Source: Chthoniobacterales bacterium (lineage in GTDB: Bacteria > Verrucomicrobiota > Verrucomicrobiia > Chthoniobacterales > UBA10450). From it: a stretch of 64,000 nucleotides of DNA. Location of the stretch: contig JBPCMX010000006.1 in assembly GCA_051001855.1 (NCBI GenBank), forward strand, positions 35,039 through 99,038, in the 5' to 3' direction. Shown here piece by piece: positions 28,571 through 37,668 of this stretch. Every line of letters starts with the position of its first letter. Within the stretch, counting starts at the first letter, position 1. Made by a program: the position numbers and the translations under genes. The notes beneath the pieces were generated by a model. The model was not told the DNA's origin. It was given only the letters and a program-made list of their open reading frames with translations, and ran no database searches.

Positions 28571-30340
28571 CTACGGCTGCGCGCGGGTGCGCTTCTTTGT
28601 GAGCTCGCTCTCGATCTTCCCTAAGGGCAGGCAATTCACGACGTCCGCTTTTGTCAGCCAGCCTTTCCGGGCCACGCCGATCCCAAACCACAACTCCGGC
28701 AGACGATCGACCGCATGTGCATCGGGATTGATGACGCACTTCACCCCTTTCTCTTTCGCGAGCGGCCACCACCGCCAGTCCAGGTCGAGCCGCTTGGGCG
28801 CGGCGTTGATCTCGATCCAGGTGCCGGTCGCAGCCGCGGCATCGAGAATCGCTGGAATGTCCACCGCATAGGGCTCCCGGCGGAGCAACAAACGCCCCGT
28901 GGGATGCGCCAGCATCGTAACGTAGGGATTGTTCATCGCGCGGATGATCCGCTCCGTCATCTCCGCTTCCGGGAGAGTGAAGGCCGAGTGCACGGAAGCG
29001 ACGACGTAATCCAATTCCGCCAGCACCTCGTCGGGAAAGTCTAACGAACCGTCGCGCAGGATGTCGCATTCCACGCCCGCGAAAATGCGGAAGTCCTGTC
29101 GCTCCGCATTCAGCTTCCGGATCGCCGCGCCTTGCGCGCGCAGCCGCGCGACATCGAGTCCGCGCGCCTGAATCGAGCTGTGGCTGTGATCGGCGATGCC
29201 GAGATATTGCAATCCAAGTTCCTCCGCGGCGTCCGCCATTGCTTCCAGCGTGCTGCGCCCGTCACTCGCGGTGGTGTGACAATGAAACGTGCCCCGGAGG
29301 TTCTCCTTCTCGATCAGGCGCGGAAGAGCATGCTGTGCCGCGGCCTCGAATTCGCCGCAATTCTCGCGCAACTCCGGCGGCACGTAATCGAGTTCGAGGG
29401 CGCGATAGAGTTCCGTTTCGTCGCGGATCTCCGGGATGTCGGCCGCCGTTTTGCGCTTCTTCTTCGCCGCCGGATCCACCGGCGCGGGCGCGATGCGATA
29501 CTCGTTCAAAGTCCAGCCGCGGTGCAGCGCGCGACTGCGCAGCACGACGTTGTGTTCCTTGCTCCCGGTGAAGTAATTCAGCGCAAACGGATATTCCGCC
29601 GGCGCGACCACGCGCAGGTCGCATTGAATGCCGGAGCGCAGCCGCACGCTGGTCTTGGTGGCGCCCTGCACGAGCACAGACTCGACCAGCGGGTGCTCGA
29701 GAAACGCGCGGGTGATCACGTCCGGCGCGTTCGAGCCCACGACGAAATCAAGATCGCGCACGATCTCTTTCCGGCGCCGGTAACTTCCCGCAAGCGACAC
29801 CTGCAGTGCATCCTCGAGCGCGCGGAGATGCTCCTGCAGCGTCTCGGCTTCGCGCGCAACCGTCCCGAGCTGAAACGTTCCCGCATGCTTCGTGCGGGCG
29901 GCGATCGCCTGGCAAAGCTTCGTCTGCGTCGTTTTCCCGAAGCCGGGTAGTTGCGCGACCCGGTCGTTTTCGCAAGCCGCTTGCAGCTCTGGGATCGAGC
30001 TCACGGCGAGCTTCTCGTAGAGTGCTTTCACCTTCTTCGCGCCGAGGCCGGGAAGCGTGAACAGCTCCAGGATTCGCGGGGGAAACTGAGCGCGCAGCTC
30101 GTCGAAATAGGCCGACGCGCCGGCGCTCGCGAGATCCTTCACGACCAGCGCGATGCCTTTGCCGATGCCGGGGATCTTCGCCAGCGTCTCCTCGTTCGCG
30201 AGCTCGGCGACGGTCCCGCCCCACGTCTCGATCGAGCGCGCCGCATTCGTGTAGGCGCGGATCTTAAACGGGTTCTCCGCCTTCAACTCCAGGAGCGTCG
30301 CGATCTGCTCGAGTGCGTCTGCGATCCCAGCTTTGTCCAC
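28571..30340 (-). CDS. polX: DNA polymerase X family protein with C-terminal PHP phosphoesterase domain
   Basis: N-terminal HhH region (NPFKIRAYTNAARSIE, PGIGKGIA, LPGLGAKK), a Pol-beta-like palm (GSYRRRKEIVRDLDFVV), and PHP metal motifs (HCHTTASDG, ADHS). Confidence 0.9.
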   Translation of the reverse strand: MDKAGIADALEQIATLLELKAENPFKIRAYTNAARSIETWGGTVAELANEETLAKIPGIGKGIALVVKDLASAGASAYFDELRAQFPPRILELFTLPGLGAKKVKALYEKLAVSSIPELQAACENDRVAQLPGFGKTTQTKLCQAIAARTKHAGTFQLGTVAREAETLQEHLRALEDALQVSLAGSYRRRKEIVRDLDFVVGSNAPDVITRAFLEHPLVESVLVQGATKTSVRLRSGIQCDLRVVAPAEYPFALNYFTGSKEHNVVLRSRALHRGWTLNEYRIAPAPVDPAAKKKRKTAADIPEIRDETELYRALELDYVPPELRENCGEFEAAAQHALPRLIEKENLRGTFHCHTTASDGRSTLEAMADAAEELGLQYLGIADHSHSSIQARGLDVARLRAQGAAIRKLNAERQDFRIFAGVECDILRDGSLDFPDEVLAELDYVVASVHSAFTLPEAEMTERIIRAMNNPYVTMLAHPTGRLLLRREPYAVDIPAILDAAAATGTWIEINAAPKRLDLDWRWWPLAKEKGVKCVINPDAHAVDRLPELWFGIGVARKGWLTKADVVNCLPLGKIESELTKKRTRAQP

Positions 30341-30465
30341 GCCACACGGTTACCAGACTTTCGCCGCCCGTCGATGGGGGCGAGCACTGCGATGAGTGCA
30401 TGCAGGATCCGGCCGCGATGCTATCTTCGAGCGTGATTTTTTATGGGCGCCATCGCCTGTTCGCC

Positions 30466-31629
30466 ATGATTCGAAACCCCACGCGTTTCGGCCTTATCGC
30501 CGCGACCTTTCTTGCGCTCACGGGCGCGCGCGGAGTCGTCTTGTTAGGCGACGGCAATCCGGCCACGAACACAACTGCGCCGACCGGGGATCTCGCCGGA
30601 AGTGGCTGGCAATACGAGGGCGGGTTCGGCGGGTTCCTCGGCACCCCGATCGCGCCGGAATTTTTCATGACGGCGAAACATGTGAGCGGCGCCAGTTCGG
30701 TCTTCAATTATCTTGGAACAAACTACGACCTCCTGCAGCGTTACAGCGATCCTTTCAGCGACCTCAGCATCTGGCAGGTGAACGGCACCTTCCCGTCCTT
30801 CGCGCCGCTCTACACGAGCGGGGCTGAGGCCGGTCAGCCGCTCGTGGTGATGGGTCGCGGGACGCAACGCGGCGCCGCTGTTTCCAGGGGCGGGACCTTG
30901 CGCGGGTGGGCTTGGGGAACCGGCGACGGCGTCGAGCGGTGGGGCCAGAACATCGTGAGCGACATTGTCGCGGATGGCACGCTCAACCAATACGTCTACG
31001 CGACTTTCGATCAGGAAGGTGGGCCTAACGAGGCCCATCTTTCCTCTGGGGACTCGGGTGGCGCGGTCTTCATTCGCGACGGTCTCGTCTGGAAGCTGGC
31101 GGGGATCAACTACGCGGTCGACGGCCCTTTCTTTAGCGACGCCTCAGGCGGTGGTGGCTTCGATGGTGCGCTCTTCGATGCGCGGGATTTCTATTATCAG
31201 GATGGCTACAACCCGCCGCATTTCAGTCTCATCACCGGGAAACGCCCTGTGCCGAGCGGCTTTTACGCATCGCGGATTGCATCGAAGTTGGGCTGGATCT
31301 ACAGCGTGATCGACCCGAACGGCGACGTGGATGGCAACGGGATCAGCAACCTGACCGATTACGCGCATTCTTTAAACTTGGCCGGTCCGATTGGCCCCGG
31401 CGCACCCATCGTGGCGCGGGAAGGCTCCGCGCTCACCATCACCTACCGTCGCCTGGTGAGGGCAAACGCGCCCGCGTCTATCATCGAGAAATCGAACGAC
31501 CTGCGGATGTGGGCCGCGGCCACGCCGACGGAAACAATTCTGCGCGTGGACGAAGACGTGCAGACCGTGAAAGCCTCCGTGCCGGTCAGTGGGACGCGGT
31601 TGTTTCTGCGGGTACGGACCGGGCCATAA
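30466..31629 (+). CDS. secreted trypsin-fold serine protease-like protein with calcium-binding-like motif and C-terminal beta-rich domain
   Basis: Start trimmed to MIRNPTRFGLIAATFLALTGA (signal peptide). Candidate catalytic triad: TAKHV (His), SDLSIW (Asp), SGDSGGAVF (Ser). Then DVDGNGISNLTDYAHSLN and a tail of about 85 aa. Confidence 0.7.
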   Translation: MIRNPTRFGLIAATFLALTGARGVVLLGDGNPATNTTAPTGDLAGSGWQYEGGFGGFLGTPIAPEFFMTAKHVSGASSVFNYLGTNYDLLQRYSDPFSDLSIWQVNGTFPSFAPLYTSGAEAGQPLVVMGRGTQRGAAVSRGGTLRGWAWGTGDGVERWGQNIVSDIVADGTLNQYVYATFDQEGGPNEAHLSSGDSGGAVFIRDGLVWKLAGINYAVDGPFFSDASGGGGFDGALFDARDFYYQDGYNPPHFSLITGKRPVPSGFYASRIASKLGWIYSVIDPNGDVDGNGISNLTDYAHSLNLAGPIGPGAPIVAREGSALTITYRRLVRANAPASIIEKSNDLRMWAAATPTETILRVDEDVQTVKASVPVSGTRLFLRVRTGP

Positions 31630-31648
31630 CAACGGGCCTAAACCGCCC

Positions 31649-32245
31649 TCACATTCTTCCGCGGCGCTTGTAGAACTCGTAGCGGGCCATGATCGAGTCC
31701 ACGTAATTGCGGGTGCCGGGAAAGTCGATCCTGCTGCGGAAATCCTCCGGGTCCATCACGGCGCCGTCGCCGCCCGCCCAACGTTGCGCGCGGCTGGCGC
31801 CGGCATTGTATTCCGCGAGCGCGAACGGCACTGGATCCGCCTGGTTTTTCCAATGCTGAATCGCGCGCGCCAGATACCAGGTGCCAGCCTGCACGTTCAC
31901 TTTTGGATCGAAGAGCTCCTCCACGCGGAAGTTTTCCACCTTGTTTTCCTGTACCCACTCCCGGGCGGCCGGTTCTGTGACCTGCATCAGCCCGCGCTCC
32001 CCCGCGCTTCCGATCTTGCGCGGATCGAAACGGCTTTCCCGCCAGACGATCGCCTTCACCAGCATCGGGTCCACCTTGTGGCGGGCCGCGACTTCGCGGA
32101 TCACCGCATCGTGCTGCTGGAAGCGCGCCGGGCTCATCCATTCGTGCACGGTGTAGACCGTGTCACCCGATCGCAAAGCCAGGTAAGCCACCCCGGCTCC
32201 CACCGCGAGGAGCGCGCAGATGATAATCTTGAGGAGAAAGCGCAT
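31649..32245 (-). CDS. lytic transglycosylase (SLT domain), membrane-anchored
   Basis: MRFLLKIIICALLAVGAG anchor, the catalytic region AIVWRESRFDP...GERGLMQV, and AEYNAG. Alternative upstream start at 32281. Confidence 0.85.
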   Translation of the reverse strand: MRFLLKIIICALLAVGAGVAYLALRSGDTVYTVHEWMSPARFQQHDAVIREVAARHKVDPMLVKAIVWRESRFDPRKIGSAGERGLMQVTEPAAREWVQENKVENFRVEELFDPKVNVQAGTWYLARAIQHWKNQADPVPFALAEYNAGASRAQRWAGGDGAVMDPEDFRSRIDFPGTRNYVDSIMARYEFYKRRGRM

Positions 32246-32297
32246 GGTGTGGCTGCGATAGTCTACGCGTGCTTTACGCATCAGCGTGGAGGAAAAG

Positions 32298-34544
32298 ATG
32301 TCGCATCCGCCGCTCGTGAAACCGAACTTCGTCCGCGTCATCATCGATCGCGTCATCCATCGCGAGCTCGATTACTCGGTCCCGGAAAGTCTCGCGGAGC
32401 GGGTAAATATCGGCTGGCGCGTGCGGGTGCCCTTCCGCGAGCACTCCGCCCTCGCAACCGTGGTGGCGATTCTGGAGGAAACCGAAGCGACCGGCGTGCG
32501 GCCGATCGAAGCGCTCGTCGGCGACGGGCCGGCCTTGAACCCGAAGCTGCTCGAGTTGGCGCGCTGGATGGCGGCCTACTATTGCTGCTCGATCGAGACC
32601 GTCATGCGCAGCCTCCTGCCCCAGGTGATTCGCCGCGGGCAGATCGGCTACAAAAAGCAGCTCTTCGTCCGGGCCGCGCGCGCGGTGCCCGAAGAGGAGC
32701 TCGAAAAACTGCGGAGACGCGCCCCGCGCCAGGCGGAGCTGCTTGAAGCAGTCCTCGGGTTGGCTGCGCCGGTCTCCGCCGCCGATCTTCTGCGGCAGAC
32801 CTCACTCGATAACCAGACGCTTCGCGCGCTGGAAAAACGCGGGCTCGTCCAGCTGCGCGAAGAAGCGGTCCAGCGTGACCCGCACGCGGACGAGCAATTC
32901 ATTCCCAGCACCAACCTGACGCTCAACGCCGAGCAGGTCACCGCGCTCGCTGCGGTCCAGGAAGCGTTACAATCGCCGGCGACCGCGCTCCCGCTTTTGC
33001 TCCACGGCGTCACCGGCAGCGGCAAGACGGAAATCTATCTGCAGGCGATTCGCTCCACCCTCGACGCGGGCAAAACCGCCATCGTGCTCGTGCCGGAGAT
33101 ATCGCTGACGCCGCAGACGGTCGAGCGTTTCAAGAGTCGCTTTGCGGAGGGCGCCGACATCGTCGCGGTCTTGCACAGCCGTTTATCCGAAGGCGAACGG
33201 CACGATGAATGGCACAAGATTCAAGCCGGTCGCGCCCGGATCGTGATCGGCGCCCGGAGCGCGATCTTTGCGCCGCTTGAGAACCTCGGGCTGATCGTCG
33301 TCGACGAAGAGCACGAGAATTCCTACAAGCAGGAGGAATCACCCCGCTACCACGCGCGGGACGTCGCCGTGGTCCGCGGAAAGCTGGAACAATGCGTGGT
33401 GCTGCTCGGCACCGCCACGCCCTCGCTCGAGAGCTACTTCAACGCGACGCGCGGGAAGTATCGCCTGCTCAATCTGACCTTGCGCGTCGATGACAACCAG
33501 ATGCCGTTGATCCGGGTGGTCGATCTGCGGAACGAAAAGCGGAAAGCGAAATCCCTCACCATCCTCGGAGAGAAGGTTTACAGCGCGATCGCCGCGCGCC
33601 TCGAAAAGCGCGAGCAGACCATCCTGTTTCTCAATCGTCGCGGGTTCTCGACTTCGCTGGTTTGCACTGCATGCGGCGAAGCGCGGGAATGCCCGAATTG
33701 CAGCGTCGCGCTCACCTTTCACCGCACCGCCGCGCGCCTGAGCTGCCATCTCTGCGGCCATACCGCGGCGGTCCCGAAGAAGTGCCCGAGCTGCCACGAA
33801 GACGCGCTCGCCTATTCCGGCTTCGGCACGGAGAAAGTCGAGGCGAATGTCGCGCAGCTCTTCCCGCAAGCGGTCGTGAAACGGATGGACGCAGATTCCA
33901 TGACGCGGAAAGACGCCTTTCGCGACACCCTCCGCGCCTTTCGTTCCGGCAAGATCGATATCCTCGTCGGCACGCAGATGATCGCGAAAGGGCTCCACTT
34001 TCCCAACGTCACACTCGTCGGGATCATCAACGCCGATCTGGCGTTGCACCTGCCGGATTTCCGCGCAGGCGAGCGGACGTTTCAGCTCCTCACGCAGGTC
34101 GCCGGCCGGGCGGGCCGCGGCGAGACCCCGGGTGAAGTCTTCGTGCAGACCTTCACGCCCTTCAGTCCGTCGATCCAGTTCGCGCGCCACCACGATTTCA
34201 CCGGCTACTTCGACCAGGAGCTCGAATTCCGGGAAAGGTGCGATTTCCCGCCTTTCACCCACGCCGTGCTGCTGACGGTGCGGTCGGCGCACGAAGCGCG
34301 CGCGGAATTTTCGGCCGAGACGATGGCGCGACGTTTGCGGGAAGCGCTGCCGGAAGAATTCGTCGTGGGCGCGTCCACCGCGGCGCCGCTCGAGAAGATG
34401 CAGGGGCAATTTCGATTTCACATTCTTCTGCGCGGCGCCGCGATCATGCGCCTCAGCCGACTCGTCAGGCAAACCCTCGACAAGCTGCCGCTCCCGGAAG
34501 ATGTACTCGCGTCGGTGGACGTAGATCCATATCAGTTGCTATGA
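32298..34544 (+). CDS. priA: primosomal protein N' (replication restart helicase)
   Basis: The ATG at 32298 is preceded by GGAGGA. Walker A LLHGVTGSGKTEIY, DEEH box (VVDEEHE), a Cys-rich zinc region (CTACG..CPNC..CHLCG..CPSC), and GTQMIAKGLHFPNV. Confidence 0.93.
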   Translation: MSHPPLVKPNFVRVIIDRVIHRELDYSVPESLAERVNIGWRVRVPFREHSALATVVAILEETEATGVRPIEALVGDGPALNPKLLELARWMAAYYCCSIETVMRSLLPQVIRRGQIGYKKQLFVRAARAVPEEELEKLRRRAPRQAELLEAVLGLAAPVSAADLLRQTSLDNQTLRALEKRGLVQLREEAVQRDPHADEQFIPSTNLTLNAEQVTALAAVQEALQSPATALPLLLHGVTGSGKTEIYLQAIRSTLDAGKTAIVLVPEISLTPQTVERFKSRFAEGADIVAVLHSRLSEGERHDEWHKIQAGRARIVIGARSAIFAPLENLGLIVVDEEHENSYKQEESPRYHARDVAVVRGKLEQCVVLLGTATPSLESYFNATRGKYRLLNLTLRVDDNQMPLIRVVDLRNEKRKAKSLTILGEKVYSAIAARLEKREQTILFLNRRGFSTSLVCTACGEARECPNCSVALTFHRTAARLSCHLCGHTAAVPKKCPSCHEDALAYSGFGTEKVEANVAQLFPQAVVKRMDADSMTRKDAFRDTLRAFRSGKIDILVGTQMIAKGLHFPNVTLVGIINADLALHLPDFRAGERTFQLLTQVAGRAGRGETPGEVFVQTFTPFSPSIQFARHHDFTGYFDQELEFRERCDFPPFTHAVLLTVRSAHEARAEFSAETMARRLREALPEEFVVGASTAAPLEKMQGQFRFHILLRGAAIMRLSRLVRQTLDKLPLPEDVLASVDVDPYQLL

Positions 34545-34585
34545 CCAGTCGCGGACGTCGAGCAGTCGACAGCAAGCAGAGGGGA

Positions 34586-35473
34586 ATGCATGCTGCAGCG
34601 ATCATGCGTCCGTTGTTCGTGCTGGTGCTTTCAATCGTTCTCTGTGGAGGAGCCGCGGGAGCTGACATTTCGTTCCAGGACGACACCCGCCACCCGCTCG
34701 ACATGCAGGAAACCGGCACGCGCGCGCAGGATGGCGTCACCTTGCACGAGATCACGTACGCCCTCGCTGACGGCACCCGCAACGCAGCCACCGTCGTGAC
34801 ATCAAACGCCGGCAGCAGCTTTCGGCCAGCGGTGCTCTTTGTGCATTGGTACGGCCCGCCGGCAGCGAGTTCGAACCGCAGCCAGTTCCTGCCCGACGCG
34901 ATCGAATTGGCGAAAGCGGGCGCAGTTTCGCTGCTGATCGATACGCCGTGGTCGCGGCCGGAATACTTCCAAGAACGCAAACGCGAGGATGATTTCGCCC
35001 GCTCGGTCGAGCAGGTGAAAGATCTGCGACGGGCGCTCGATGTGCTGGTGTCGCAGCCAAATGTAGATCGGCAATGCGTCGCCTACGTGGGTCACGACTT
35101 CGGCGCGATGTATGGCGCACTCGCGGCGGCGGCCGACCTGCGGGTGCGGTTCTTTGTTTTCATCGCGGGCACGCAATCGTTTAGTGATTGGTTTCTCTAC
35201 GGGCCGAAGCCACCGGAAGATGTGCGGCAGAAGTTCATCGAGGAAATGGCGCCGCTCGACCCGATTCGTTACCTCCCGAAAATCCAGGGGCCGGTGCTGC
35301 TGCAGTTCGCCGATCACGACGAGCATGTGACGAAGGAACGCGCCGAAGCGCTCGCTGCCGCTGCACCCGAACCGAAGGCGGTGCGCGTTTACCATTCAGA
35401 CCACGAAATCCGCAACGACACCGCGCGCCGCGATCGGCTCGCGTGGTTGAAGGAAAACCTGAAGCTCCAATAA
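34586..35473 (+). CDS. exported alpha/beta-fold hydrolase
   Basis: Start trimmed to MHAAAIMRPLFVLVLSIVLCGGAAGA. The nucleophile-elbow-like motif is VGHDFGA (an Asp-type elbow, as in the GHDWG hydrolases). C-terminal DHDEHV/HSDHE region. Confidence 0.65.
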   Translation: MHAAAIMRPLFVLVLSIVLCGGAAGADISFQDDTRHPLDMQETGTRAQDGVTLHEITYALADGTRNAATVVTSNAGSSFRPAVLFVHWYGPPAASSNRSQFLPDAIELAKAGAVSLLIDTPWSRPEYFQERKREDDFARSVEQVKDLRRALDVLVSQPNVDRQCVAYVGHDFGAMYGALAAAADLRVRFFVFIAGTQSFSDWFLYGPKPPEDVRQKFIEEMAPLDPIRYLPKIQGPVLLQFADHDEHVTKERAEALAAAAPEPKAVRVYHSDHEIRNDTARRDRLAWLKENLKLQ

Positions 35474-35474
35474 C

Positions 35475-36584
35475 ATGAACCGTCGCGAATTTGTCCGCAC
35501 CGCCGTCGGCGCCACGCTGGCCGGGGCGAGCGCCCGCTCGCTCCTCGCGCAGGGACCCAACATCATGACCTCGAAGTCAATCAAGCCAGTGGTGATCTCG
35601 TCCGCCAACGGCAACAAGTTCAAGAACGGCGGTGACATGACCTGCGTGCACAAGGCGTGGACGATGATGACGCAGGGCAGCGATGTGCTGGAGGCGTTGA
35701 TCGCGGGCGTGAACATCGTCGAGCTCGATCCCGCGGATACGAGCGTCGGCTACGGCGGTTTGCCGAATGCCGATGGCGTGGTGCAACTCGACTCCTGTTG
35801 CATGCACGGGCCGAAGAAGCGCGCGGGCGGCGTGGCGTGCATCGAGGGCGTGCGAACGCCATCAAACGTGGCGCAAGCGGTGATGGAACATACGGATCAC
35901 CATCTGATCGTCGGCGACGGTGCGCAGAAATTTGCGCGGGGCATGGGTTTCAAGATCGAGGACGATCTGAACACGGACGAATCGCGGCGGCTGTGGCTGG
36001 ATTGGAAACGCCGGACCGATCCGGAGCATTATCTCGACCCGGAGAAGCGGGCGGAAGCCGGGCATCGCGCGATGATGGCGATGGTCGCGGAAGGTCTGAT
36101 CGATCCGCAGCACATTCACGGCACGATCAATTGCGACGGCATCAATGCGAAAGGCGAGATCTGCGGCGTTACCACCACGAGCGGGCTGGCGTGGAAAATT
36201 CCGGGACGCGTGGGGGATTCGCCAATTCTCGGGGCCGGTCTTTACGTCGATGGCGAGATCGGCGCGGCTGGCTCCACGGGCCGCGGCGAAGCGAATCTCT
36301 ACGGGCTCTGTTCATTCCTGATCGTGGAGAACATGCGGCGCGGGATGCACCCGAAGGACGCGGGGATTGACGCGTGCAAACGAATCAAGGCGAACACGAT
36401 TGAGAAGCGTCTCCTGAACAGCCGCGGCGAGCCGAATTTCAACGTGAACTTCTATTGCCTGAACGCGAAAGGCGAATACGCGGGCGTGGCGTTGTATCCC
36501 GAAAGCACTTTCGCGGTTTGCACCGAGGACGGGCCCAAGACGCTGCCATCGGAGCCGCTGCTGCAAGGCAAGACGACGGATTAG
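35475..36584 (+). CDS. Ntn-hydrolase glycosylasparaginase / isoaspartyl peptidase family, Tat-type signal
   Basis: MNRREFVRTAVGATLAGASA (twin-Arg-like signal). The autoprocessing site context is HGTINCDGIN, followed by TTSGLAWKIPGRVGDSPILGAGLYVD. Confidence 0.82.
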   Translation: MNRREFVRTAVGATLAGASARSLLAQGPNIMTSKSIKPVVISSANGNKFKNGGDMTCVHKAWTMMTQGSDVLEALIAGVNIVELDPADTSVGYGGLPNADGVVQLDSCCMHGPKKRAGGVACIEGVRTPSNVAQAVMEHTDHHLIVGDGAQKFARGMGFKIEDDLNTDESRRLWLDWKRRTDPEHYLDPEKRAEAGHRAMMAMVAEGLIDPQHIHGTINCDGINAKGEICGVTTTSGLAWKIPGRVGDSPILGAGLYVDGEIGAAGSTGRGEANLYGLCSFLIVENMRRGMHPKDAGIDACKRIKANTIEKRLLNSRGEPNFNVNFYCLNAKGEYAGVALYPESTFAVCTEDGPKTLPSEPLLQGKTTD

Positions 36585-36586
36585 CT

Positions 36587-36955
36587 GTGGCGATCTCGCG
36601 CCTGCTGCTGGCGGTGCTCTTCGTGGCGGCGGGGGCAAACCACTTCATCTCACCGGCGCCGTATCTCGCCATCATGCCGCCAGTGCTTCCTTGGCCGGAG
36701 GCCCTGGTCGCGAGCAGCGGGGTGGCGGAGGTGCTGGGCGGACTTGGGATTTTGTGGCAGCCGACGCGGCGCCTGGCGGGGTTTGGCTTGCTCGCACTGC
36801 TGGTCGCGGTTTTTCCGGCGAACGTCTATGCAGCGATGAATGGGATGCAGTTCGGCGGCCGTGCGGTGCCGGCATGGCTGCTTTGGGCGCGGCTGCCGTT
36901 ACAAGTGGTCCTGTTGGCGTGGGTCCACTATGCCTGCACGCGGCGGCAGCCCTGA
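36587..36955 (+). CDS. DoxX-like membrane protein
   Basis: The GTG at 36587 lies directly after the upstream TAG. About 122 aa with four hydrophobic segments (LLLAVLFVAAGANHF ... GVAEVLGGLGIL ... LLALLVAVFPANV). The track ORF starting at 36455 is an over-extension into the previous gene. Confidence 0.6.
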   Translation: MAISRLLLAVLFVAAGANHFISPAPYLAIMPPVLPWPEALVASSGVAEVLGGLGILWQPTRRLAGFGLLALLVAVFPANVYAAMNGMQFGGRAVPAWLLWARLPLQVVLLAWVHYACTRRQP

Positions 36956-37124
36956 AAAGGCTGCGCCCGATCAAGTTGCCTGCTGGAAACGAATCACTGT
37001 GATGGCGGGATCAGGCAAAGGGTGCTGCGGGGCGGCTCAGCCAGCGCTATGGCAAGCTCACGCTCGGCGAGTGGATTTCCATCGCGCTGGCGTTTTTCGG
37101 TCTCGTGTTGGTGTTCTGCTTGTT
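36952..37124 (+). pseudogene. degraded duplicate of the cls upstream region and first ~40 codons (left direct repeat of the island)
   Basis: Collinear with 45718-45895 (roughly 90% identical by eye). It includes the equivalent ATG (37002 vs 45768). It has a 5-nt deletion relative to the intact copy just after GGCAAAG, which shifts the frame. The shifted-frame reading ...[28 protein letters not shown] mirrors Cls ...[28 protein letters not shown]. Confidence 0.8.
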
Positions 37125-37219
37125 GGGGGCGATTGGTGTCGTTGGGGGCGATTGGTTCAGGTCTTTGCATTCAACAATGTCATAGGGGCGATTGGTGTCA
37201 GGTCTTTGCATTCAACAAT
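37125..37219. repeat. tandem partial copies of the element terminus (GGGGCGATTGGTGTC[AGGTCTTTGCATTCAACAAT])
   Basis: Unit copies at 37125-37140 (truncated), 37144-37178 and 37185-37219, differing by 1-2 nt. Confidence 0.85.
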
Positions 37220-37570
37220 CTCCCGGCTTGGCGCGCCACGCGAAGCGGACGCGACATGCTTCCAGTTCCTACCGCTTCGCTTCTAGTGCGTGTCATGCAC
37301 ATTTCCCCGGCGAAGGGGGATGAGGAAGCCAGTCGTGCCGGAGGGGGAGTGGGGGGTGAGCGTGGCGTAGGAAAGCGGCGCAATAGCGCCGCACTCCACA
37401 ACGCAAGCGCAGGCCGGGCGTTGGTTAGGCGCGGACGCGTCTTGGAGTGCGCCAGGATTCTGGCGCTTTCGCCGGACGTTCTGCGATGTCCCCGGCGGCT
37501 TCGAGAGGTCAATAAAATGCATGACACGCTTTAATTCGGTCAATTGTTGAATGCAAAGACCTGACACCAA
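37192..37570. mobile_element. MITE-like non-coding palindromic element with perfect 28-bp terminal inverted repeats
   Basis: TTGGTGTCAGGTCTTTGCATTCAACAAT at 37192-37219 is exactly reverse-complementary to 37543-37570. There is a nested 12-bp inverted pair GCGTGTCATGCA (37288-37299) / TGCATGACACGC (37518-37529). There is also an imperfect central hairpin (37391-37404 with 37437-37450). No credible ORF lies inside. Confidence 0.6.
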
Positions 37571-37668
37571 CGCGGACTACATGGTAAAGCGCACCGTCAA
37601 CTCTACGCGCGCCTTGCGAGCCATGGCCCTTGCCTATCACCAGCCGCGGTCAGATGGCGAGAGCGAAA

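Noticed and set aside
33339-34472. 377-aa minus-strand ORF
   Set aside because: It is antisense to priA, which has unambiguous helicase and zinc-finger motifs. The composition is Arg/Ala/Glu-rich and featureless.
37125-37219. Short tandem repeats considered as a possible CRISPR remnant
   Set aside because: The units are contiguous without unique spacers, there are only about 2.5 copies, and one copy is the terminal inverted repeat of the adjacent element. No cas genes are present in the window.
37022-37534. 170-aa and 148-aa plus-strand ORFs (and the 95-109-aa minus-strand ORFs) across the junction region
   Set aside because: They read through the frameshifted cls remnant, the tandem repeats and the palindromic element. 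Their products are Cys/Arg/Gly-rich nonsense, and the nested inverted-repeat structure argues for non-coding DNA.
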